Source: Macrostomum lignano (lineage: Eukaryota). From it: DNA of 64,000 nt. The stretch covers positions 186,001-250,000 of the forward strand of contig NIVC01000136.1 of assembly GCA_002269645.1 (NCBI GenBank). Direction: 5' to 3'. Shown in pieces: positions 22,178 to 34,518 of the stretch. How positions within the stretch are numbered: the first letter of the stretch is position 1; each line of letters begins with the position of its first letter. The position numbers and the translations under genes are program-made. Below the pieces are notes generated by a model that was not told where the DNA came from, did not search any database, and saw only the letters and a program-made list of their open reading frames with translations.

Positions 22178-24144
22178 CAGGACACTTAAAAGGCAACACT
22201 TTTTCAAAGTATGTAAATTCATTCACAGTTGGGTAAAACACTTGTTAAAGATGTTTTATAGACCCATTTACGAGCCGTATTAACATGAAACTGATTTGCT
22301 TTACGTTACTTCAGATAGAGTTGATGATCCTGACAGTCACAAACGGGATTCAGTGGTGGGTCCAGTTCAAGAAGACTTCAGACAAGCGTAACGCCACACT
22401 CCGTAGTAGCCTGTAGATAGAAACATACAATTTCGTTCGGGGCATGACTAGATCAATTGCTATAGCAACTGCTACTGGACACATCTACCTGTCGTTCTGG
22501 TGGCTCAGCAAGGCAGGAAGTGCACCCAGTTACGAGTACTAAATTTTAGGCCAATAGAAATGCCCAGCTTTCTTAACGTGTCCTTGTAAAGCTTTACATT
22601 TTCCAGAGTGTACAAGTCTTTTTGCAGGTGCGTCCTTGATCGTCTTTGGTGATGGAAAATTATGATCATGTTGCTTGCGCGATACTGTAATCCTCTGGTG
22701 CGGCGCCAACCATAAAAAAGTATTTTTCCGAATATTTCGAATTTCTCAGCTCCTCCGAAAGTCGTTCGACGTCGTTGTCTGTACAATTGTTACCAAAATA
22801 CCAATCGTTTTATCGACATCGGCGGACGTCGGAATATTAATGTGTCTCTGAAGCTCACTAGCATATATCTATTTGATATGAAAAATTGTTTATCTATTTT
22901 TTGCGGGACTCTGGCTTCGTCTTTATACTTCGTAGCTTCTCTGTTTATCGCAATACATGACAAATTATTACTACATATCTATATGCGTGCCTGTTAACGA
23001 ATAATCTATATTAACCAGACAACGCCCTGACCTATTGATTTATTTATTATAATATGACGTTGCTACAATTCTATTGGTTTTATTCTGGTTAAATTCTATT
23101 TAGCTAGCTACAGTTTTGTTGTATCCATACTGCCGGTCAGAACCATTGTTAGCTACGGTTTTATGCTTCCACAGGGCTCAATAATGCGTGATAATAATAG
23201 ATGATAATAATAATATGTGATTTTTTTGACTTTGGGAAAATTATCTTTTGGTTCGCATTTCTGCCCAGACACCTGAAATAACATGATAACTAATTTCTGT
23301 AATGTTTCCCACAATATGAATCCGCTTCTTTAGAATATGTTTTTATTTCGCTGATACTTTTTATTATTTATCAACTTTATTGACTTTTTTGACTTTAGTA
23401 TAAAGCTGATAACGCCCCCGCACAACAAAACTATTTTGTGTAAGCTAGTAAAATACACTGCGGTACCTTCGTGCCTCAAATAGAAATAATTTATTTAAAG
23501 TTTTTCTGAGTTCCATCTTGTTACTTCAAGAGTACAGTAAGCTCTACGAGCATAAAGGTGATCAATTTGAATTGGAAATCTTGGATAAGAGATCTTCGAG
23601 TTTATTAAATATTATAATCATAAATATACGAGTGAGCCTATCTGCAGCCTGTTTGTGTGCATTTAGTATAATAATTATATCATTTACTACTAATATTCGT
23701 AATATAAAGATTACCTAGACTATATTTACCCTCGGGAATCTACCGTAAAACCTATTCCATAATTGAGATTGTCAGATTTACGACCAGTTTTAGTTAGTTT
23801 AGTTAGAGGAAAGTTAGCTGCAGACAGATTGCAGTTGCATTGATTTATAATATTAATTATGGTACGACAGTAAGCACGTCATTATATTGTAAATATTTTT
23901 TCGAATGTCAATGTCAGGCACAAATAAAGGCAATTTAATGACAATAAAAAATGATAATTGTTTTTGATAGCGATAAAATTCCTCAAGATGCCAATGCAAG
24001 AAGATAGCAGAGAGGCAAAGTACGAAAACATGGTGCTAGATAATATAGGGTATGTGCGATGCGTAAACACAGTTACCCGATACAAACTAAACCTACTATC
24101 ATTTAAGCAGCTGAAATCAGTTCTTGACCTCGATAGCAGAGCCA

Positions 24145-25422
24145 TCACTTGCCCTTGTCAATGAGCACCCTGCCAAACACTGACTTGGCCTTGGTGGCAT
24201 TCCCTGGCGACAGGCGGCTGAGCAGCCGCTGGCAGGACTCCAACTGGCCGTTCAGCGCCACGTTCTGGCGCACCTTCTCGGCCATGTCGGCCTTCCAGTC
24301 CTCCAGCTCGGCCTTCATGCACACGTTCTGCGTAACGATCTCCCGTATTCGAGTCGCCTCGTCCTCGTGACGCCGCTCCAGCTTGGCCACGGACTCCTTC
24401 AGTCGGCTGCACTGGCGGCAGTCCCGACAGGTTGCAGCCGAAGCCGGCTCCGCATCGTCAGGTATCTCCTCCGGCTCGCCGTCGACCTCAAAGCTCTCGT
24501 CCGCTGCCCTGGCATCGGCGGCTGCTCGCTCCGCGTCTGAGGGAACCTCACCGCGGAGCAGCGACAGCTCTTCGAAGATCTGCGACGCTGCCGAGTTCAG
24601 CAGGTCGTCAGCGTAAAGACGGCTGTGCAGCCGCTCCACGGCTGACCGAAGCTCCCGAGTCGCCGTTCGCAGCTGCTGATTCTCCAGAGTGAGCTGCGCG
24701 CCCAGCTGCCTGTACTGGCTGTTCTCCCGCATCAGTTCCGTCATGCGCGACTGCAGCTCCGCATTCTCGCGCACCAGCTCGCGATCAAAGCCGGCAGATG
24801 AGTCGAGAAAATCGGCAGCGCTGCCGCTCACATTGAAGTCGTCGTCGTCGTCGTCCTCCTCCTCGTCATTGTCGCCTTCCGGTTCATCGGCCGCCTCTTG
24901 GTCCTCTTCATCGTCGTCCAGGCTCACTTTCTCGTCGAACTCGCGATTCTTCATTTTCTCAGCGTGCAGCTGCTGCTCCAGGCAGTGGATGGCGGCCGAC
25001 TTCTCCGTGACAGCCTCCTGCAAATTGGAGACCAGCAGCTGCTGCTCCGGTCTGCCAGAAATAGCGCCACTGTTGTGGCTGGAGCTCAGCGAGGCTTTGG
25101 CGCTGTGCCTGGAGCTGCTGGACCGCTGCTGCAGGCGGATGCTTCGAAGCGACAGTTCACGAATTTTCAGCTCCTCGGCCTGGGTGTGCAGCCGCTCCCT
25201 CAGCCGGCTGTTCTCCTCCTCGAGCGAGGCTATCTGAGTGGCCTGCTGCACCGACTGCTCCTTCAGCGTGTCCAACTGCTCAGAGTAGAACTCCTCGTAA
25301 GTTGTCGAGATGTCGCCCAGACTCTCAACCAGGAAGACGCAGAGCTTGGCCATGGATTTGAAGTTGGCCTCGCTGCCGGAGGTCATGACTCGCTCGACCA
25401 CCGATGTGGCGACCCAGTCGGC
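24145..25422 (-). CDS. Large terminal exon of a coiled-coil protein with an acidic insert
   Basis: 1278-nt open frame; acceptor ctcactgacAG|GCC at 25422; heptad-rich E/Q/L/R sequence; the track ORF start is a GTG, not ATG. Confidence 0.8.
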   Translation of the reverse strand, partial: ADWVATSVVERVMTSGSEANFKSMAKLCVFLVESLGDISTTYEEFYSEQLDTLKEQSVQQATQIASLEEENSRLRERLHTQAEELKIRELSLRSIRLQQRSSSSRHSAKASLSSSHNSGAISGRPEQQLLVSNLQEAVTEKSAAIHCLEQQLHAEKMKNREFDEKVSLDDDEEDQEAADEPEGDNDEEEDDDDDDFNVSGSAADFLDSSAGFDRELVRENAELQSRMTELMRENSQYRQLGAQLTLENQQLRTATRELRSAVERLHSRLYADDLLNSAASQIFEELSLLRGEVPSDAERAAADARAADESFEVDGEPEEIPDDAEPASAATCRDCRQCSRLKESVAKLERRHEDEATRIREIVTQNVCMKAELEDWKADMAEKVRQNVALNGQLESCQRLLSRLSPGNATKAKSVFGRVLIDKGK

Positions 25423-25447
25423 CTGTCAGTGAGGAATGACCATTTTG

Positions 25448-25448
25448 C

Positions 25449-25537
<89 letters not shown>

Positions 25538-25538
25538 G

Positions 25539-25590
<52 letters not shown>

Positions 25591-25622
25591 ACGAGCTGAA
25601 GAACTAACTAACAGCTCGTAAC
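25448..25622. repeat. (AACT)n microsatellite
   Basis: Direct reading. Confidence 0.97.
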
Positions 25623-25873
25623 TAACCTCCAGAGCTTAGAAGTCGTGAAATATTCGTATTATTATAAATACAACATCCTCTTAGAAGTACATGGCATTTC
25701 AGTGTCCAGGCACAAACCTGAGAGCCTGGCGGATATTCCTCAACTGAACGACGCAAGTAGCGTTGTAGGTGAACTTCGATCTCTTCAACTAGGGCTGTTA
25801 ATTCCTCTGAAACGACCTCGGCAATCTGCTCCTCTTGCTGTGTCTGCTTCTGGTTCTCTGATGAGTTATCCAT
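25622..25873 (-). CDS. Small hypothetical protein (MDNSSENQKQ..., 83 aa)
   Basis: aagATGg start, helical E/Q-rich sequence; no homology recognised. Confidence 0.35.
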   Translation of the reverse strand: MDNSSENQKQTQQEEQIAEVVSEELTALVEEIEVHLQRYLRRSVEEYPPGSQVCAWTLKCHVLLRGCCIYNNTNISRLLSSGG

Positions 25874-26725
25874 CTTGGCCAAGAGTTTGTTGCTGATTGA
25901 AGCAGACGCTGAGCTAGGAAGTCTATTCTGCTTGCAGCTACGAACAATGCGAGGCTTGTAACTAACTATTATAACTCGCTTGTGGCCGTGGTGAGGAACT
26001 GGTCTAGGAATTTCACGGCATCGGGAGGGGTGGGGTAAATAGCTGGCAGCAAGGCTGTACAATAGAAAAATAGGGGAGAGAAGCGACGGGAAGGTCGGTT
26101 GGGTCTTGGAGAGGAGGCCTGAGTCTGAGCTCAGGTAAGGTTGGAAAGAGGAAACAGTCCTAGGGTTTGTACTCAGGAGCTCAATTGGGCTATAGACTGA
26201 GTACATTAAATGCTTTGAATTCCTTTCTTTCTATTAGGCTTTCTAATTTTTTTACACTATGCTCATTTCTGACAATAAAAACAACACGTTGAAGGTCCGT
26301 TAAATTAAACCACGTGATGACTTACAAATCTGCGAAATTGTCTCCAAGATTTTGTAAATGGTCTGATTACGAGTTGCAAAAAGCTTGTATGCAAAAATTA
26401 AATGCTGCGACCTGCGGTCACGCGCGCAGAAATTCAATTTTTACTGCGCGCGGAGACAAAGCCGACAGAATCAAAAAAGGGGGGGGCGCACTTGATCCGA
26501 AAACTTCGAACATAATCCTCCTAAATCCATCCATATTATCCCTGACAGAATCAGAGCATACGAGCTAACAGGTGTCCTACATCATCCACTGACATCCACC
26601 CATAGCATTTTCGAAACAATCAGAAGATAATCTGCATTCTTCTCCCCACATTCAATTCGCAACGCGAAACCAGATCCTCAGCGCAGGGTGCTCATCCTCC
26701 GAAAAAAACTAAATTCTTAATAAAA

Positions 26726-26965
26726 ATGCTTCCAGTTGTCTCTCCAGGTTCTTATTACAAAACGCACGAGCCTAATTACAAGAGTAAATACCAATGCAAA
26801 CTAGAATGCAGTGAGTACATGAGAAAATGTTGGCCCGACCACACAATAAATGTCCCTAATATTAATCTAGCTCTCCAAAGCCACTGGTTTCTTAAGTATG
26901 GAGTAACCTACGTAAAAGATTACGACAGCTACTATAACTTTGCAGAAATCATTAGGCAATTGTAA
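26726..26965 (+). CDS. Small hypothetical protein (79 aa), convergent with the penton gene
   Basis: ATG after aataaaa; stop 7 nt from the penton stop; Y/C/K-rich. Confidence 0.45.
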   Translation: MLPVVSPGSYYKTHEPNYKSKYQCKLECSEYMRKCWPDHTINVPNINLALQSHWFLKYGVTYVKDYDSYYNFAEIIRQL

Positions 26966-26972
26966 TTTCTTC

Positions 26973-27832
26973 TCACATTCTCTCAATGATCAACGTCAAT
27001 ACAAACCCTTCACCGTTGAATTCAACACCCATCCAATCTTCAGTCTCAAACTGTAACGCAATCTCGTGAATCTCCTTATTACTCAATACAACTCTTTTCA
27101 CTGGATTTGGTTTCTCTACCAGCATCTGTCCTCCAGCTACAGAGTTGGAGATGTTGTAAAAAATATTCGTTCGCTTTCCCTTAAATACCCAATCAAGACT
27201 GAGATTACTTCTGATTAGAATATTCAAACCCTTTACAATGTCTGCAATATTGGGTGCTAAGAACAAACCGCTTACACTTTCCCGGGCCATGCTAACGGCC
27301 CCCGACGCTTGAGTGGCGGTCCGCGCCGTGGATTCTGCCTTATAAACTTTCTTCTCGAATCCCAGTTCCCTATACCAAGTTTCATCTTTAAACTCAACCT
27401 CCGCATCTTTGTGAACTTGCATGACCACTCTCATTACAGTGAGATCATAGGCTAGTTTGACAGGGAACAGTTCTGGCTGAATCAGATCAGGTGTCTCAAA
27501 ATGGCCTCTTTTAGTAAAGACGTTTTCCAGAAAGTAATTGTAGGTATCCACACTTTGCGTGCTCACAGGGAATACCACAGGTTCTGCTGCCGCACCTTTC
27601 CATTTGTAATAAAACTTATTACTTGCTGCTGTCCCATTGGGAACGTTTGACCAACCAGTGAAGTCGTTGTTAAGATAGACATGGTAATTAGCACCTGGAT
27701 CCAGGTGAATCTCCTGCTCTAATTTTTGAACAAACATCCCGTTTGAGTCATTAATTCGCCCAGTTATTGGAATAGGAATGCTCTCCTTGGAGTGAGAAAG
27801 AATATTATTTAGCTTTCAGCAATCGCTTCCAT
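26973..27832 (-). CDS. Polinton/Maverick minor capsid protein (penton, PX-like), 1-nt frameshift near the N-terminus
   Basis: N-term MEAIAE(K)LNNILSHSKESIPIPITG..FVQKL..EIHLDP..NYHVYL..WSNVPN; C-term NILIRSNL..G..TNIFY..SVAGGQMLVEKP..IHEIALQF..GVEFNGEGFVLTLII fit the PX pattern as I recall it. Confidence 0.8.
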
Positions 27833-27899
27833 TTTTTCACCCATAAAAAATTATTTAAACTTTACTGCATGTCCCAGAAGCCCCTTCATGCATTCTACT

Positions 27900-28831
27900 A
27901 GCGTTGGCTCTGCTGCTCTGCTCGCTGGCAGCCGGCCAGGTCTCCCAGTGCGCTCCCGCTGACTCTCCAAGGCTCCGCTTCGTGGCGCAGCTCAGCGTGA
28001 ACGGCTGCGCGCTGTTCGTGCACGACACGGGAGCGAGCGACGGTCCGCACTTGGCAGTCGAGCCGCTCATGTGCGTGACGGACAGCCTGAAAGGCATTGT
28101 TCCCCGATTCGACTTCATCACCCAGCAGCTGTACTTCAGCGTTCCGATATTGATGAAGGATGCTGGGATGCTTGCAGAGGCTCAGCGTCAACTGCGGCAT
28201 CTGTCACCGAGGTCTGTGAGCTTCGCCACGGTGGCAACGTTTAAAAGTTGACAAATGTGACTTTTAATGTGTCACATCTGTTGCACGTCTTATCAGGGAC
28301 GATGTCTCTTCTGAAAGACATGGCATTTCTGGCTCAATCGTCAACCAAACAGTATTCGCGTACCAAAATTTCGAGATTTTGGATGCATTCGAAATACTTG
28401 TTTGTTATTTTAAATGCGTGCTCATTTGTATTTTTGTTCTTTTCATTCCTTCGCAGCCCTGTGCCGTTTAAAAAAGTAATTGACGACTTCCAGGACTGCT
28501 GTGCTGGCGGGGCCCGCTGACCTGTGGCGACACGTGCAGTGGCGGGTGACATCGCTGGTTGCTGAGCAGTGCATCTCTAAGTCCAGCCAAATCACTTCAT
28601 CATGGAGAATGAAACCGCCTGTAAGCGACAGCTGCTTCAGTCTGAAGTCCTGCGCCAGGCTGCAATGTGCCTAAGCTCAACGCACAGCGAACTCTTCCAG
28701 TGCGGTTCAACTGCAGCCAGACGGTCGCTGCTTCCTGAAGATTCAGCAGCGACTTACTGGCAGAGTGAGTTTTCAGCGAAACTGGACTGAGTACGAGACT
28801 GGGTTCGGTGACGGCACTGACTTCTGGATAG
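27900..28831 (+). pseudogene. Copy A of the repeat-domain/FReD gene: partial exon 1 (27900-~28235) and exon 2 (28494-28831)
   Basis: Near-identical to B/C; lacks promoter and ATG; exon 1 cut after FATV; TAA at 28672; exon 3 absent. Confidence 0.9.
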
Positions 28832-29885
28832 GTGAGCGTGCGTCAGGAACTGAAGCAGGTCTTATCAACTGCCATAGGAGAGTCATTTAGGCCGTACAAT
28901 TAATAACGTTCGTTGGTTGGTGGCTCTGTAAATTTTAGCTAAACTTTTTTTTCTTACATCTTTTCCAGCTTTTCGAAACTTGTATGCCTTCATCTTAAAA
29001 AATTGTATTTATATTTTATATGTGTAAGTATTCCTCTGTAGGCTCTGCGCTGAATTGGATGTCATGATACAAACAAGTAATTTTTCGTTCGACGCTCGTA
29101 TCCAACAAACAACAGCAACAACAACAAAGTACGCAGCCCAGCATGCAAGTCACAGTTAGAGCAGGACATGTCAGATGGCGCGTCCCAAATCTTAAGAGCA
29201 GACGAAGTTCGCCCCGTTGGCAGTGTCGGGCTCCCAGCGTCGCATAGTATACATTAAATTATTAAGCTGAATAAATGAAACTTTATTGAAATAAAGTCAT
29301 GACAGAACTTTATTGTGGCACAAAAGCACGAAAAACATTACAGGCTAGAAACCTGCCTTATATTGAAACTATTTGTTATCGATTTACTGACCCACCGCAA
29401 CCCCCAACCCGCGCTAGCAAAGTACATGCAGCGAGAGAGAGAGTCACCAAAACAACCTAACCCAACACCCGCCCCGGCGCGCACGCAGGCCAAGCTACCA
29501 CATCCCTCCATGCCAAGACAAAAGCAACAGAACTTGCAAAAAAAGAAAAACCCTCCACCAAAGAAAACAATCAGTCACTGTCAGATAAGTTCACTCGTAG
29601 GTCAGTCGCCCTTGTGGTCCTCTCTGAACGCCGCAGCATCTGCGGCGGCGGCAGCGGCGGCGACGGCGGTGGCGGCGGCGGCGGCGGTCGTGGCGCTTCA
29701 GACGTTGTCACCGACGGAGACAGCTGCCGTGGCCCCGCCCCGCCTGACTGGCCCAATCCTGCCGCTTGCTCAGGTGGGATGATCGCCGGCACCAGGTGGT
29801 TGGCATGCCGCCGCACGATACGCTCGTCGGGCAGGCGGCACTCGTAGGACAGCGGCCCGGTCCGCCGGCTCACGGAGGCCGGTGC

Positions 29886-31073
29886 CTACTTCTCCGGACC
29901 ATTGAAGTCACGCACCAGGACACCGTCGTCTTCTTCGAAGTTGCGATCCCTGGCTCGCAGTTCGTGGTACTCCTTTTGCGAGTCCTGACTGCGCCTGACT
30001 GTAGCAGAGACATCGGGCCGCACAATGTCTAGAAGCGTCCGCAGCTGCCTGCCCATCATCAGCTGGCAGGGTGGAGCACCGGTTGTGCTGTGCGGAGTGA
30101 CCCGGTAGGTCAGCAGGAACCGAGCTAGCCGAAACTGCAGGGACGCCGGCCGCCCCTTCGCCAGGGCCGCCTTTACCGTCTGGACCACTCGCTCGGCCAA
30201 ACCATTGGACGATGGATGATATGGAGCCACTTTGATGTGCCGGATGCCGTTACTGGCCAAGAAGTTGCTCATCTCTTGGCTCACGAAATTCGGACCGTTG
30301 TCACTCACTACCACCTCTGGCAATCCCAGCTGACTGAAAGTCCTTCTCAGCCGATCGATTGTGGCAGCACTGGTGGCGGACTGGCAAATGTGGACTTCAA
30401 TCCATTTCGAATGAGCGTCCACCAGTACTAACAGCATTTTTCCCTCGACTGGTCCAGCGTAGTCCATATGGATCCGGGACCACGGTTTGTCCGGCCACGG
30501 CCACGGCTGCAGGAGAGCAGGCGGCGGGCAGTTCTGATGACGCTGGCACTCGCCACAGTTCTGTGACAGCTGCTCGATGTCCCGGTCCAATCCCGGCCAC
30601 CAGAAATATCCTCGGGCCAGGGGCTTCATCCTTGAAGCTCCTTGGTGGCTCTGATGTAGACAGTCGAGCAGCGCTTGTCGTCCCTGAACCGGCACAATCA
30701 CACGGTTGCCCCACAGCAGGCAGCCGTCCTCCAGGCTCAGTTCTGCAGCCTTGACCGCGTACCGCTGCAGTTCCGCATCCAGCCGAGGACGCTCCGGCCA
30801 TCCACTCTGTACGAGCCGCAGCACTCGACTGAGCAGCGGGTCCCGCCTTGTCCAGCCGCGAACCTGAGCAGCCGTCACGGATCGCTCATTGAGCGCATCG
30901 ATGAGCAGCACTACCTCAGCCGGTGAGGGCGTCTCCACTGACTTCGTCGGCAGCGGCAGCCGACTCAGAGCGTCAGCCCGCAGTAGCGAAGTTCCCTTGC
31001 GACACTGCAGTCGATACGAGTAGTTCGAAAGCAGCAGAGCCCAGCATTGGATCCTTGCTGAAGCCAGTGGTGG
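29886..31073 (-). pseudogene. pol: RNase H end and integrase of the second Gypsy element
   Basis: PLASARIQCWALLL; HQSH..CGEC; HMDYAGP, SDNGPNF, GLAERVV. Confidence 0.93.
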
Positions 31074-32119
31074 TGATGTGTTCCTTATTACCCGACTTTT
31101 GGTAATCAAAGAACACTCACTTCTAGCTCAGTAGCTAGGCAACCCAGTACGTCAACAGAAGGTATTCAATTACCTTGAGTCCTTAACTGAGAGCTCTCGT
31201 CAATACTCCTTGTTCGTTGATCTCGTTATCAGTAGCGTTCCTGTCCTTCAGGAATTCCGGGCGCCGGTCAACAGTTGATCTGGTCCGCTCTTGCAATTGT
31301 CTCCTTGACTTCTTGCAGGCCGGTTATCTGTAGTTCGGACCAATCGGAAGCTTCCAAGTTAACAATGGGGATCCCTGCGCCAAACTGCGGTTTAATATAA
31401 GCCTACTCCTTCTAGCAGTGCCTCTATGCACTCTAGGTATAGCTCCGGAAACCACTGATAGTCTTCTAAGATCTATCAGGGGCAGTCCTTCTGGAGACTG
31501 CAACCAGTAGAGTCTAGACAGACTCAGGAGTCTCAACAGACTCAAACTAAACTCCAACGAGACGTCTCAAAACACAGGCGCAAATGAGTAAGGCTTACCG
31601 CAAGAACTCGACGAGTCTTCTGTAGGAAGTCCTGTAGTGGCTTCCTCTTCGGAGCTCTTCTCCTTCCGGAGGAATTGTGGCTCCGGGTCCGTTCCGGACC
31701 ACTTGTATTTATAGGCGTTCAGACCTCTCTCGAGGTCGTACATCACTGTCTTCGCAAATGTCAAAGGGTCACGATTCGGTGGCTGTCAAGCATGACAGGG
31801 TAGAAAGTTGCGCAACTAGTCTACTGTAAAAGCGCATGATTGGTTACCGTAGCTGGTAGACTTTGATTGGTTCATCCGGGTGCAACCCGAGTGCAAACCA
31901 AATGATGACTTGAAGGTGGGGTTTGAATTGACAGTTGTTGGTCGCACCTGATTGGGTGATTTCTAAAATTAGCATGCTCGAGATTTCTCTCTTTCTATTG
32001 GTTAATTTGAATATATGTATGGTTCAGCGCATATCCTTATACATGCTCCTCAAATTACTACTATTTAAGTAGTACGTTAACAATTTTATGTCTTCTTACG
32101 GGAGGCAGAACACTCTACA
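31074..32119 (-). mobile_element. Solo LTR (1046 bp) inserted in pol
   Basis: TG...CA ends; exact 4-bp TSD GTGG (31070-73, 32120-23); removal restores KAIPPLASAR; minus-strand CCAAT boxes then TATAAATA (31706-13). Confidence 0.9.
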
Positions 32120-34472
32120 GTGGAATGGCCTTGCTCTCGTGTAGCTGGCCCAGTAGCGGCTTGTGATCACTCTTGAGCTCGAAGGTTTTGCCATAGAGGT
32201 AGGCGTGGAAGTGCTTGATCCCAAAAATGATCGCCAGGGCTTCTTTCTCTGTCTGCGAATAGTTCCTCTCGGCGTCGGCGAGCGATCGGGAAGCAAAGGC
32301 AATCGGCCTTTCAAGGCCATCAATCCGGTGGCAGATAACGGCCCCGACCCCGTATGGCGAACTATCGCACTCCAGAATCATCTCCTTTTTGACGGCGAAA
32401 TGGACAAGCGCCTGCGGGCTCAGTAGCAGCTCCTTGCTGCGCCGGAAAGCATCGGACTGTGCTTCGCCCCATCGCCAGACAGTTCCTTTCTCGAGAAGCC
32501 GGTGCAGAGGAGCCAGAACGCTGGACAGGTTCGGCAGAAATCGGCCGTAATAGTTGAGGAGGCCCAAGAAACTCCGCAACTGCGTGACGTCCTTTGGCAT
32601 CGGCGCGTCAACGATCGCGTTGACTTTGTCACTCATCGGGTGCAGGCCCTGGACGTCAATCCGATGCCCCAAATAGGTAACCGAATTCTCCATGAAGCGG
32701 CACTTGTCAAGCCGGCACTTCAGCCCAGCATCCTTCAGGCGCTGCAGGACGATCTCCAGATTCTCGAGGTGCTCAGCATCATCGGCGCCGGTCACCAGCA
32801 CGTGATCAATGAAGTTTGCCGTATGCTTTGCGCCTTGCAGCAGGCCGTCCATGGTCCTCTGGAAGATTCCAACTGCTGGTGAGATTCCAAACGGTAGTCT
32901 CGTATACCTCAGCAAACCCTTCGAGGTGTTGATGGTGCACAGGCGCTGGGACTCTTCATCGAGCGGAAGCTGCATGTATGCCTGGCTGAGGTCCAGCTTG
33001 GTGAACTTTTGGCCGCCGGTGAGCTTGGCGAACAACTCCTCAATCCTTGGCAGCGGGTAGCAGTCCATCTCCACGTCCTGGTTTACCGTGTACTTGAAAT
33101 CTGCGCAGATTGTGATGGAGCCGTCCGACTTCAGCACCGGCACGATTGGGGACGCATACTCCGAATCGGAGACCGGCCGCAGAATGCCCTGCTGGATCTT
33201 CCGCTCGAGCTGCTCTTCCACCTTGGACTTCAAAGCGAAGGGCACCTGCCGCGCCTTCATGAACTTGGGTCGCGCCCCAGGCTTCACTCGCAGTTTCAGA
33301 GGTTCATCCGTGTAGCAGCCGAGGCCACTCGAGAAAACGGGGCTGAACCTCTCTAGCAACTTCTGCACTTGCTGATCCTTTGGAGCCGACGCTTCGGGCA
33401 GCTGCTTGACGCTCTCCCAATTTAACGGCAGCACAGCCAGCCAGTTCCTACCGATGAGGCTGGAACTGGATCCAGATACCACTAGAAGAGGAAGAAGCTG
33501 CTTGGCTTTACCTGGAATCTCTGCAGACACGCTGATCTGACCAAGCACGCTGACTGGCTGTCCGCAGTAGTTCCGCAGCCGAATCGGGGTCCGCTCGAGC
33601 TCAGGAGCCCCGCCCAGCAGATCGTGATAGGCTCTAGCCGATATCAGCGATACAGCCGCGCCCGTGTCGATCTCCATCTGGCAGGACACTCCGTTGAGCA
33701 GGACCATGGTGATGTACGGCGGCACTTTGGCAGCTGCACTGGGCAAGGTGTTCAGGGAGCCGCAGTCTTGGCTTTCCTCCTCCACGGCGGCGACTTGCGA
33801 CCGCGGCTCAGCTCCAGCCGAATCCGCGCCTCCTAGACAGGCTGCAGTGGTGTGCCCCATCTTGCCGCACTTGAAACAGGCCTTCTTCATGAATGGGCAC
33901 TTCGCCGCCAGGTGTTTTGCAGACAGGCACCTGTAGCACCTTTTCGCTGGTCGCTGAGTCGCTACCACATTGGTCTGGCCGACTTGGTCTACCGATGCTG
34001 CCGAGGCGTGGCGGCTTGCGGAGTTCCTGCGGACTAGTCCTTGACCAAGTTGCAGCTATTGGTTGCCAGCTCCACCGCCTGGGAGATCGCCAGTGCTCTG
34101 TCCAGGTCCAACTCTGTCTCGGACAGGAGTCTGCGCTGTATGTGATCATCTTGGATTCCAAGCACCAGACGATCTCTCAGCATGGTGCTCAAGCTGTTTC
34201 CGAAGTTGCAGTGGACAGCCAAACGCCGCAGTGCCGCCAAGAAGTCGGCCACGGACTTTGAGCTCTCTCGAACGCGCTGGTAGAAGTGGAACCTTTGCAC
34301 GATCTCTGACGGCTTTGGGTCCCAGTGATCGTCAAGCTTTTTGCAGATGTTAGCGAAGGAAGCCTCTGAAGGCTTAACTGGGGCCAGAAGACTGGTGACA
34401 AGCCTATAGGTGTCCTTGCCGCACAAGCTGAGGAATACCGCTCGCTTCTTCTCTTCGCTTTCGATTTCGTTT
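32120..34472 (-). pseudogene. pol: gag-PR-RT-RH of the second Gypsy element
   Basis: CYRCLSAKHLAAKC / CFKCGKMGHTTAAC; EIDTGAA; RT motif degraded to FIDH; frameshift near 34030; gag starts at (A)NEIESEEKKRAVFLSLCG. Confidence 0.93.
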
Positions 34473-34518
34473 TACCAAGCGAGCAACACCAAGCGAGCAA
34501 CTTTACCTGAAAAACAGC

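Larger units (their letters stand above)
25622..27850. mobile_element. Polinton/Maverick-like (virus-like) fragment
   Basis: Intronless, tightly packed ORFs including a penton-like gene; no pPolB, integrase, ATPase or major capsid seen; boundaries approximate. Confidence 0.65.
29170..34472 (-). mobile_element. Second Ty3/Gypsy element, 5'-truncated in gag, interrupted by a solo LTR
   Basis: gag, two CCHC knuckles, PR, RT, RH, IN; PPT-like GGAGGGA then TG at 29502 suggests the 3' LTR start; its far end is uncertain. Confidence 0.9.

Noticed and set aside
24149-25458. Plus-strand ORFs opposite the coiled-coil exon, and similar antisense ORFs over all TE genes
   Set aside because: Shadow ORFs from GC-rich coding sequence on the other strand
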